Assembly: GCA_030390025.1 (NCBI GenBank)
Contig: CM059425.1
Location: 173,540,001-173,604,000 of the forward strand
Source of the DNA: Squalus acanthias
Lineage: Eukaryota
Length of the DNA: 64,000 nt
Direction of reading: 5' to 3'
Position numbers and translations under genes: made by a program. Under the pieces are notes generated by a model that worked only from the letters and a program-made list of their open reading frames with translations, was not told the origin of the DNA and made no database searches. Shown here piece after piece: positions 45,680-55,429 of the stretch (positions are counted from its first letter, which is position 1; every line of letters begins with the position of its first letter).

Positions 45680-48340
45680 AGAGTCACAGAGCCATTCGGC
45701 CCATCGAGTCCATGCCGGCTCTCTGTAGAGCAATCCAGTCAGTCCCATTTCCCCGCTCTATCCCCGTAGCCCTGCAAGTTTATTTCCCTCAAGTACCTAT
45801 CCAGTCTCCCCTTGAAAACATTGAGTGTCTCCACTTCCACCACTTCCGTCGGCAGCGAATTCCAGGTCCTCACCACTCGTTGCGTAAAAATGTTTTTCCT
45901 CACGTCCCCCCTGTATCTCTTGCCCAAAACCTTAAATCTGTGTCCCCTAGTCCTTGTATCATCAACTAGTGGGAACAGCCTTTCCCCGTCTAGCCTATCC
46001 AAACCCATCATAATCTTGTACACCTCTATCAAATCACCCCTCAACCTCCTTTGCTCTAATGAAAACAAATCCTGTTTCTCCAACCTGTCCTTGTCACTAA
46101 GATCCCCCATCCCCGGAACCATTCTGGTAAATCTCCTCTGCACCCTCTCAAGGGCCTTCCCATCCTTCCTAAAGTGTGGTGACCAGAACTGGACGCAATA
46201 CTCCAGTTGTGGCCTAACCAGCGCTTTATAAAGGTTCAGCATATCTTCTCTACTTTTGTACTCAATACCTCTATTTATGAAGCCCAAGATCTCATATGCT
46301 TTATTAACTACTCTCTCAATATGTACTGCCACCTTCAGGGAACTCCCAGGTCCCTCTGTCCCTGCACACTCTTTAAAACCGTGCCATTAAGTGTATATTG
46401 CCTCTCCCTGTTCCTTCTGCCAAAATGCATCCCCTCACACTTCTCTGTATTAAATTCCATCTGCTACTTGTCTGCCCATTCTGCTAGCCTTTCTATGTCC
46501 TGTTGCAGTCGATTGGTATTATCATCACTGTTTGCCACCCCCCCAAGTTTGGTGTCATCGGCAAATTTAGAAATTCTACTCTGTATTCCAATATCCAGGT
46601 CATTTATATATATCAAAAAAAGCAGTGGCCCCAGCACTGACTCTTGGGGAACACCACTGTCTACCATCCTCCAGTCTGAAAAACAGCCATTTCCCACAAC
46701 TTGCTGTTTTCTGTCCTTAAGCCAATTCCTTATCCAAGCTGTCACTGACCCACCTATTTCATGAGCCTCAATTTTGTTAACCAGCCTTCTATGTGGTACT
46801 TTGTCAAACGCCTTCTGAAAATCCATGTAGTCAACATCCATTGCATTCCCTTCATAAATCCTCTCTACTTCATCAAAAAATTCAATTAGATTAGTCAAAC
46901 ACGATCTGCCTTTTACAAATCCGTGTTGGCTCTCCTTAATTAGCTTAAACCTCTCCAAGTGCCCGTTAATTTTTTCCTTTATTATTGTTTCTAAAACTTT
47001 ACCCACCACTGTTGTTACTAGGATTGTCCTTACACCCTTTCTTGAACAATGGTGTCACATTTGCCACTTTCCAATCCTCAGGCACCTCCCACGCATCTAG
47101 GGAAGATTGGAAAATTATGGCAAGCCCTTCCATTATCTCCTCCCCCAATTCCCTTAGCAACCTGGAATGCAAGCCATCTGGACCAGGTTACTTGTCCACT
47201 CTAAGCATACCCAGCCTTTCTAGTACATCCTGTCTATCAATTTTCACCCCTTCCATTGCTTCTACCTTTTCCACTTCTACCGATATTTTGTCAGCATCCA
47301 CCTCCTTAGTAAAAATGAGAAGTCGCACAACACCAGGTACCTGACGAAGGGGCGACAGCTCCGAAAGTTTGTAATTTTAAATAAATCTGTTGGACTATAA
47401 CCTGGTGTTGTGCGACGTCTCATTTTTGTCCACCCCAGTCCAACACCGGCATCTCCGCATCATGACCACCTCCTTAGTAAACACCGATACAAAGTACTCA
47501 TTGAGTATTCTAGCCTTGCCCTGTGCCTCTAAACATGTATCACCTTCTTTGTCTCTAATAGGCCTCACCGGTAGAAGATTTTTGTGTTCCCTTTTATGTT
47601 AACCGCCATTCTACTCTCATATTCTCTCTTTCCCAATCTTACTTTCATCTTCACATCCCCTCTCAACTTATTGTATTTGCTCTGGTTCTTCCTTGAAGAA
47701 TTCACCTGACATGCATCATACACCCTCTTTTTTTGTTTCATCGTCTTCTCTATCTCTCTCATCATCCAAGGAGCCCTTGCTTTGGTTCCCTTACCCTTCC
47801 CTCTTGTTGGAATGTACCTAGCCTGTACTTGGAACATCTCCTCCTTAAAGATCACCCATTGTTCCATTACAGATTTTCCTGTCAATCTTTGGTTCCATTT
47901 TACCCTGGCTAGATCCTTTTGCATCCCATTGAAGTTAGTCCTATTCCAGTTTAGAAGTTCCACTCTAGAATGTTCCTTGCTCCTCTCCATTGCTAATCTA
48001 AATCTTATGTTACGATGATCACTCATACCCAAGTGTTCTCCCACAGACACTTGGTCGACCTGGCCCACCTCATTCCTGAGCACCAGATCCAGCAATGCCT
48101 CCTTCCCAGTTGGGCCAAGAACATGCTGGTCAAGGAAATTTCCTGAAAAAATTTCAGAAATTCCTCCCCTTCCTTTCCCTTTACCCTAGCATTATCCCAA
48201 TCGATATTTGGGTAATTAAAGTCCCCCAATATCACCAGTCTTTCGCTCTTGCATATCTCTGTGATTTTCCTGCAGATTTGCTCTTCCACCTCCCTCTCAT
48301 TATTTGGAGGCCTATAGAATACCCGCAATAGCGTGATCAT
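45680..48340 (-). mobile_element. 5'-truncated degraded CR1 LINE inserted in the BC2 Myb gene
   Basis: ORFs 48023..48355 (YRPPN, GDFNYP), 47565..48095 (LDLVL, SDH), 46464..47009 (FQKAFDKV, KFADD), 45739..46332. Confidence 0.93.
47314..47465 (+). mobile_element. 152-bp Penelope-derived insert carrying a minimal hammerhead ribozyme motif
   Basis: CTGACGA-AGGGGCGACAGCTCC-GAAA at 47341-47366, between inverted arms. 16-bp TSD CCACCTCCTTAGTAAA (47298-47313, 47466-47481). Confidence 0.8.
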
Positions 48341-48539
48341 ACATTTATGTACCATTTTACTCTAAATTGAAAACAGAAATGAAAATGAAACTTCAGTTTT
48401 TCCTACAGAGACCACCCACCTGCCTTTGAAACAGGACCACATGCTGTTTTGGTGACAGGGTATTGTTCACTAATTGAAATTTCACAACTCAAATCTGTGG
48501 AGTACAGATAATGTTTACAAGCACAATGGATGACCCTGA

Positions 48540-49297
48540 AATAACAACAGAAAACGCTGGAAAAACTCAGCAGGCCAGGCAGCATCCGTGGAGAGAGAAA
48601 GAGAGTTAACGTTTCAGGTCGATGACCTTTCGTCAGAACTGTGAAGAGCCGGAAATCAAATAGATTTAAGGCCAGAGTAAAGCTGGGAAAAGGGGGAGGG
48701 GATAAAAGAACAAAGGGGGAGATGAAGAGACATTAAGAGACATTAAGAGATATGCAAGGCTAGAGGTGGTGTTAATGTGACAGATTAAGGCTGAAAGAAG
48801 TGTGAAATCCACTGGCAGAATGAAGGACAGCTGCCAGCTTCTAGGAGGAAAAAAAAGGTGGGGGGGGGCAAATAAAAGGGTGGAAAAAATAAAATATAAA
48901 TGTGATTGTAGCTGAGGTTATGATCTAAAATTGTTGAACTCGATATTGAGTCCAGAGGGCTGTAGCGTGCCTAAACGAAAGATGAGGTGCTGTTCCTCGA
49001 GCTTACGCTGCGCTTCTGTGGAACAATGTAATAGGCCGAGGACGGTGAGGTCAGAGTGGGAGTGAAGCGGTGAATTAAAGTGACAGGCCACCGGGAGCTC
49101 GGGGTCACCCTTACGGACTGAACGGAGGTGTTCCGCAAAGCGGTCACCCAATCTGCGTTTGGTCTCCCCAATGTAGAGGAGACCACATCGTGAGCAGCGA
49201 ATACAGTATACTAAATTGCAGGAAGTACAAGTAAATCGCTGTTTCACCTGGAAGGGGTGTTTGGGGCCCTGGACAGTGGGAAGAGGGGAGGTGTAAG
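48540..49297 (-). mobile_element. Penelope-like element 3' part (GIY-YIG domain), in BC2 Myb intron 1
   Basis: ORF 48918..49322 NLVYCIRCSRCGLLYIGETKRRLGDRFAEH..GLN. Minus-strand CTGACGAAAGGTCATCGACCTGAAACG. 8-bp TSD GACCCTGA (48532-48539, 49298-49305). Confidence 0.92.
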
Positions 49298-52280
49298 GAC
49301 CCTGAGTTGGCTCCAAAGCCATAAAATTTTATGACAAGCTCAGATGCCTGGATAATGAAGTCACTTTACAACAACCATGCAACTAAACATGTTTTAAAAT
49401 AGTTCAGTTAATTTTTAACAAATTTTACAGTTGACATTTCTAATAACTGTACAAACCTTGGCAGATTGCATCAAATCATAAAATTTTTTGCCGCATTGTT
49501 CCGCTGACCGTGGAATGGTGGAGTTCGCGCTAACAGCCACGGCAACCTCTGCCCAAGCAGTCATTTGTCCTTTGCGCGGCGCCCTGGACTTCTCGGTCCC
49601 AATGATCCGCAGGCGCTTTGCCTCAACCTCATTGAGGAGTGTGCTGATGTCATCGTCAGTGAAATTCTGAGCTCTCTTAATCATCCGAACTGTGCTTGCT
49701 CCTTCCATTTCACTTTGCTGTTTAATTAAAATTAATGAAATATTTTTCAGGGCTTTTAAAACTCTTTAAATTGCTTTAAATCTTTTTTTTTAAAGTCTTT
49801 AAAACTATTTAAAATTCTTCAAATCCATGTAAAAATCTTTAAAAGTTTCTAAAAGTTTACAAAATTTTAAAAAAACTCTAAAGAAAGAACTTACCATTGA
49901 AATTAACAGCTGTTTCAGTGTTGTTCGGCTCTGAAGAGTTTTAAAAAAGTCGAGGGTGTGGCCTATGCAAATATAAATTTTGACAGCTCTTGTGGGCGGG
50001 TTTCCCCTATGAACGAAGCACACGGTGCGCTCCTGGGCGGCGTGATGTCATACGCTGCCCAGGAGTCCGCATCAATAAAACGCAACTCTCCATGGGCGCA
50101 AAGACTGCAGGTGTGCGCGCATCTTTTTTGCTGGTCGGAGGCTTCCGTTCGCGGGAAGCCTCCGATCGGAAATTCAGGGCCATTATGATAGAATTTTATA
50201 TTGAGTTTGAAAGTGATTTAGTTAAATCTGAAACTAGGGTCTTAAATCTAAACAAAGCAAACTATGTAGGTATGAGCAGTGAGTTGGCTAAGGTAGATTG
50301 GGAAACTAAATTAAAAGGTATGATGGTAGAAAAGCAATGGCTAGCATTTAAAGAATGAATACATAATTTACAACAAATATACATTCCTTTAAGGCACAAA
50401 GACCCCACAGGAAAAGTAGTCCAACCGTGGCTAACAAGACAAGTTAAAGATAGTATTAGATCAAAGGAAGAGGCTTATAATGTTGCCAAAAATAGTAAGC
50501 CTGAGGATTGGGAGGATTCTAGAATTCAGCAAAGGAGGACCAAGAAATTGATAAAGGAAGGGAAAATAGAATGAGAGTAAACTAGCGAGAGACATAAAAA
50601 CAGACTGTAAAAGCTTCTATAGGTATGTAAAAAGATTAGCATAAGTAAAAGAGGGTCCCTTACAGGCTGAGACAGGAGAAATTATAATGGGGAATAAGGA
50701 AAGGGCAGAGAAATTAAACAAATACTTTGTGTCTTTCTTCAGTGAAGAAGATGCAAAAACTTTCCAGAAATAGTGGTGAACCAAGACTCTAGCGAGAATG
50801 AGGAACTGAAAGAAATTAGTATTATTAAAAATGAGTACTGGAGAAATTAATGGGACTGAAAGCTGACAAATCCCCTGGACCTGATGGCCTACATCATAGG
50901 GTTTTGAAAGAGGTGGCTATAGAGATAGTGGATGCATTGGTTGTCATTTTCCAAAATTCCATAGATTCTAGAATGGTTCCCATGGATTGGAATGTAGCAA
51001 ATGTAACCCTACTATTTAAGAAAGGATGGAGAGAGAAAACGGGGAACTACAGACCAGTTAGCCTGACATCAGTAGTAGGGAAAATGCTAGAATATATTAT
51101 TAAGGACATGGTAACAGGGCACCTAGAAAATAATAATAAGATTGGTCAGAGTCAACACAGATTTATGAAAGGGAAATCATGTTTGACAAATCTGTTAGAG
51201 TTTTTTGAGGTTGTAACTAGAATAGATAAGGGGGAACCAGTGGATGTGGTGTATTTGGATTTTCAGAAGGCATTCGATTAGGTGCCACACTTCGGTTATT
51301 AAACAAAATTAGGGCTCATGGGATTGGGGTAATATACTAGCATAGATTGAGGATTGGTTAACGGACAGAAAACAGAGAGTAGGAATAAACGGGTTATTTT
51401 CGGGTTGACAGGCTGTAACTAGTGGGGTACCGCAAGGATCAGTGCTTGGGCCTCAGCTATTCACAATCTACATTAATGATTTGGATGAGGGGACCAAATG
51501 TAATATATCCAAGTTTGCTGATTATACAAAGCTGTGTGGGAATGTAAGTTGTGAGGAGGATGCAAGGAGTTTTCAAGGGAATATAGACAAGCTAAGTGAG
51601 TGGGCAAGAACATGGCAAATGGAATATAATGTGGAGAAATGTGAAGTTATCCACTTTGGTAGGAAAAATAGAAAAGCAGAGTATTTTTTAAATGATGAGA
51701 GATTGGGAAATGTTGGTGTTCAGAGGGACCTGGGTGTCCTTGCACACGAATCACTGAAAGTTAACATGCAGGTACAGCAAGCAATTAGGAAAGCAAATGG
51801 TATGTTGGCCTTTATTACAATGGGATTTGAGTATAAGAGTAAAGACATCTTACTACAATTATATAGGGCCCTGGTGAGACCACACTTGGAGTATTGTGTA
51901 CAGTTTTGGTCTCCTTACCTAAGGAAGGATATACTTGCCATAGAGGGAGTGCAATGAATGTTCACCAGACTGGTTCCTGGGATGGGGGGATTGTCCTATG
52001 AGAAGAGATTGAGTAGACTAGGCCTATATTCTCTAGAGTTTAGAAGAATGAAAGACAATCTCATTGAAACATACAAAATTCTTACAGGGCTTGACAGGGT
52101 AGATGCAGGGAGGATGTTTCCCCTGGCTGGGGAGTCTAGAACTAGGGGTCACAGTCACAGAATAAGGGGTCAGCCATTTAGGACTGAGATGAGGAGAAAT
52201 GTCTTCACTCAGAGGGTGGTGAATCTTTGGAATTCTCTACCCCAGAGGGTTGTGGAGGCTCAGTTGTTAAGTATATTCAA

Positions 52281-52618
52281 AAGTGAGAAGTCGCACAACA
52301 CCAGGTTATAGTCCAACAGTTTTATTTGAAATCACAAGCTTTCGGAGCTGCTGCTCCTTCGTCAGGTGAAGTGAAGTAATACAAATCCGCAAAGCATATA
52401 TAGAGAGAGAACAATGTCTGTGCAGCATACAATGTCAGACGACTACAGTTGATCTTTCTGACTGCCTTTTATCACACCTCGGCAGAGAGACAATCAGGTC
52501 AGTCAGGGAGACATTATATCAAAGACATAGCAAAATACAACTAAGACAATGAGGTGGGGGTCACAGGGGGTCTAATGTGTCAAATGCTGCAGTCTGTATG
52601 GAAAACATGTATGGAGGG
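52281..52618 (-). mobile_element. Penelope terminal fragment (family of 47314-47465) with hammerhead motif
   Basis: Minus-strand CTGACGAAGGAGCAGCAGCTCCGAAAGCTT at ~52336-52365. 11-bp TSD AGTATATTCAA (52270-52280, 52619-52629). Confidence 0.8.
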
Positions 52619-52780
52619 AGTATATTCAAGGTAGAGAGCGATAGATTTTTGAATATTAAGAGAATCGAGGGATATGGGGATAGTGCAGGAAAGTGGAGAT
52701 GAGGAAGAAGATCAGCTGTGATCTTATTGAATGGGCCAAATGGCTTACTCCTGCTCCTATTTCTTATGCTCTTATGTTCA

Positions 52781-52943
52781 TATGCTGCTTCCTCGCCTTC
52801 CCCCAGGTCTTCCTTGTACGATGAGACTTGTTGCTGCTCCTCTGGCTCCTCCAAAGTCAAGCCTCTCTGTAAGGCAAGATTGTGAAGTATACAACACACA
52901 ACTATGCAGGAGATTCTTCATGGAGAAAATTATAGAGAACCTC
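52781..52943 (-). pseudogene. Old Harbinger transposase C-terminal fragment
   Basis: CCILHNLALQRGLTLEEPEE followed by an acidic stretch, in ORF 52561..52899. Confidence 0.6.
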
Positions 52944-53368
52944 CATAGAAACATAGAAGATAGGAGCAGGAGTAGGCCATTCGGCCCCTCGAGCCTGCTC
53001 CGCCATTCGATGAGATCATGGCTGATCATCCAAACTCAGTACCCTGTACCTGCCTTCTCCCCATATCCCTTGATACTTTTAGCTTTAAGAAATATATCTA
53101 ACTCATTCTTGAATATATTTAATGACTTGGCCTCAACTACCTTCTGTGGTAGAGAATTCCACAAGTTCACCACTCTCTGGGTGAAGAAATTCTTCCTCAT
53201 TTCTGTCCTAAATGGCTTACCCCTTATCCTTAGATTATGACCCCTGGTTCTGGACTCTCCGACCATCGTGAACATTCTTCCTGCATCTAGTTTGTCCAGA
53301 CCTGTCAGAATTTTATATGTTTCGATGAGATCCCCTCTCATTCTTCTATACTCCAGCGAGTATAAGCC
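52944..53368 (-). mobile_element. CR1 3' fragment (same young subfamily as 25648-27692)
   Basis: Reverse complement nearly identical to 27262-27685. Confidence 0.93.
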
Positions 53369-53729
53369 ATTAACAGGGCAATCAAAACAGGCCGACTCTT
53401 GCATAGTTTAAATTCATATTCCCTTGGTCCCAATCTGTTAAACTGGAATCGTCAAAAAAAAGTACAGGTGAAAAAATTCTGTGTATATCTACTGCTTAAG
53501 CTAGAAAGCCCATGTAACTATTTGTTTACACAGGTCGTTCTTGAGTTGTTAGCTTTTTGGAGTTGTGCTAGCTATTTCTAGTTTGGCATCCATGTAAACT
53601 TATAGGACCTAACATTTGTTGTGAATGAGGCGTACTCTGCGGTTCTACTTTCAGTAGCTTAGGGAACTGAACTACCAACTTACTTGAGATAAAGGCGAGA
53701 ACGAGGAGAATGAAAAATGTAACACTCAG

Positions 53730-53913
53730 CCAGTGAGCGGAACTGTGCTGCGGCACATGAAGCGCCGGGGGGAGGTTTGAGGTGTCGCACCCGGGCGAAC
53801 GGAGCGCGAGTTGCAGCGGTGCGAGCGAGGGTCGAGGCCGTTAACTGGCCGGACAGACAGCCACCCCCTCAGACAGCCAGTTCCTGCGGCGCTTTTATCG
53901 TTCGGACAGCAGG
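53730..53913 (+). promoter_or_regulatory. CpG-island-like promoter/5' UTR of WDR36
   Basis: Non-repetitive CpG-rich stretch directly upstream of the ATG at 53914. Includes an ETS-like GCGGAA at ~53737. Confidence 0.6.
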
Positions 53914-54063
53914 ATGTCGCGCGGGAGAGGGAGCAGCATTTTCAGCGGTTACCGGGCGCTCGCGCTCCACTGCAACCACGTCCCGCACGTGGTCCGCTAC
54001 CACCAGCGGCACCGCGAGTTCTACCTGGTCACGGCCGTGGGGGCGAGCTTCCACACCTACAAT
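53914..54063 (+). CDS. WDR36: WD repeat-containing protein 36 (UTP21 homolog), first coding exon, 50 codons, phase-0 donor
   Basis: MSRGRGSSIFSGYRALALHCNHVPHVVRYHQRHREFYLVTAVGASFHTYN resembles, from recall, the WDR36 N-terminus (F.GFRALG..SN.IPHVVRF....FYV.T.VG.SFHTY). Kozak AGGATG, donor AAT|GTGAGT. No further exon recognised in the window. Confidence 0.88.
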
Positions 54064-54530
54064 GTGAGTACCTCACTTCCCCTGCTGTGGATTCACATTC
54101 ACATCCACACCTACAATGTGAGTACCTCACTCTCCGTGCTGTGGATTCACAGCTTCCACACCTGCAATGTGAGTACCTCACTGGGATTCACATTCACATC
54201 CACACCTACAATGTGAGTACCTCACTCCCCCTGCTGTGGATTCACAGCTTCCACACCTACAATGTGAGTACCTCACTCCCCCTGCTGTGGATTCACAGCT
54301 TCCACACCTACAATGTGAGTACCTCACTGGGATTCACATTCACATCCACACCTACAATGTGAGTACCTCACTCCCCCTGCTGTGGATTCACAGCTTCCAC
54401 ACCTACAATGTGAGTACCTCACTCCCCGTGCTGTGGATTCACAGCTTCCACACCTACAATGTGAGTACCTCACTGGATTCACAGCTTCCACACCTACAGT
54501 GTGAGTACCTCACTCTCCGTGCTGTGGATT
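54046..54530 (+). repeat. Minisatellite (40-54 bp units, 10 copies) made of the exon end plus 5' splice site
   Basis: Repeated (AGCT)TCCACACCTACAAT|GTGAGTACCTCAC..GGATTCAC. Confidence 0.97.
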
Positions 54531-54737
54531 AATAATATCTTGTAGACCTACAATTGGAGCGTTCAAGACAGAGATAGATTTTTATTAGGTAAGGGTATCC
54601 AGGGATACGGAGCAAAGGCGGGTAATTGGCGTTGACATGCAGATCAGTCATCATCTAATTGAATGGCGGAGCAGGCCTACTCTTGCTCCTAAGATGCATA
54701 TGAGATGATGCATGTTTTAATACTGGTAAATAAGACA

Positions 54738-55027
54738 GAAAGAACTTGCATTTATATAGTGCCTTTCACACACTATATCGCAAAGCGCTTTATAGCTAGT
54801 GAAGTACTTTTGAAATGTCACCGTTGTAGGGAATGTGGCAGCCGGTTTGCTCACAGCAAGAACTCAAAAAAAGCAATTAAATAAATGACCAGATCATCCA
54901 AGTGTTATTTGAGGGACAAATGTTCAAAACTCCAGGCGAACTCCCCTGTTATTCAAATAGTGCCTTGGGATCTTTTGCATCCATGTGAGAGGGTAGACGG
55001 GGCGTCTGTTTACATCTCATCCGAAAG
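54738..55027 (-). mobile_element. Deu-like SINE, diverged, intronic
   Basis: AGAACTTGCATTTATATAGTGCCTTTCAC ... CATCTCATCCGAAAG. Confidence 0.75.
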
Positions 55028-55429
55028 TTGAAATGGATTGGTTGTTGAAGCACGTTGCGCTAAAGAACATTGCAGATCCAGAGCTTAAGCTATCTGTAAC
55101 CGTAGTAACTGGACACAGTCGAGCTACAGGAGATCACTGATCAAGCAAATTCAACTGAAAGGGTCTCGTACGATCATACATATTAGAATTAAGCTGGCCA
55201 CTATCAGACTGAGAATCATGAGCTAAGCAGTAATTTCTGATCCTCCTTGAAGAGTAAATATAAGCTATTAAAGAATTGCAAAAAGATCTGGAGGCATAAG
55301 TGGTACACAAAAGGATACTCGCAAGCAACAACATCTGCTTTGCCTTTAGTTTGGATATCTCGTAATTTGCTAACAAACCTGTCCCCTTGGATTGTAGCGA
55401 GAACCCGCTGGACTACGGTCTTAAGAGCG

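Larger units (their letters stand above)
40126..49708 (-). pseudogene. BC2 Myb/SANT-like gene, split: exon 1 49708-49457, exon 2 broken at ~48345/41118, exon 3 ~40860-40126
   Basis: ORF 49415..49708 is homologous to 19331..19582. Exon 2 start AG|AGTAAAATGGTACATAA at ~48362 continues as ATAACGCCAGAG at ~41118. Confidence 0.85.
34567..50181. mobile_element. Harbinger BC2 (diverged relative of BC1, opposite orientation), heavily nested
   Basis: Imperfect TIRs GAGCCATATTTTCCGA / TCGGAAATTCAGGGCC. Flanks AAT / ATT inside CR1 (..ATAAT|..|ATTATGATAGAA). Transposase (+) and Myb-like gene (-) are homologous to BC1. Confidence 0.85.
30198..52780 (+). mobile_element. One degraded CR1 LINE in pieces (30198-30802, 34048-34566, 50182-52280, 52619-52780), split by Harbingers D and BC2 and a Penelope fragment
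   Basis: The joined pieces are colinear with the uninterrupted relative at 56310-59340 (esterase end, APE endonuclease, RT, 3' UTR). Confidence 0.88.

Noticed and set aside
53757..53780. Upstream ORF MKRRGEV* before WDR36
   Set aside because: The transcription start is unknown, so it may not be in the mRNA.
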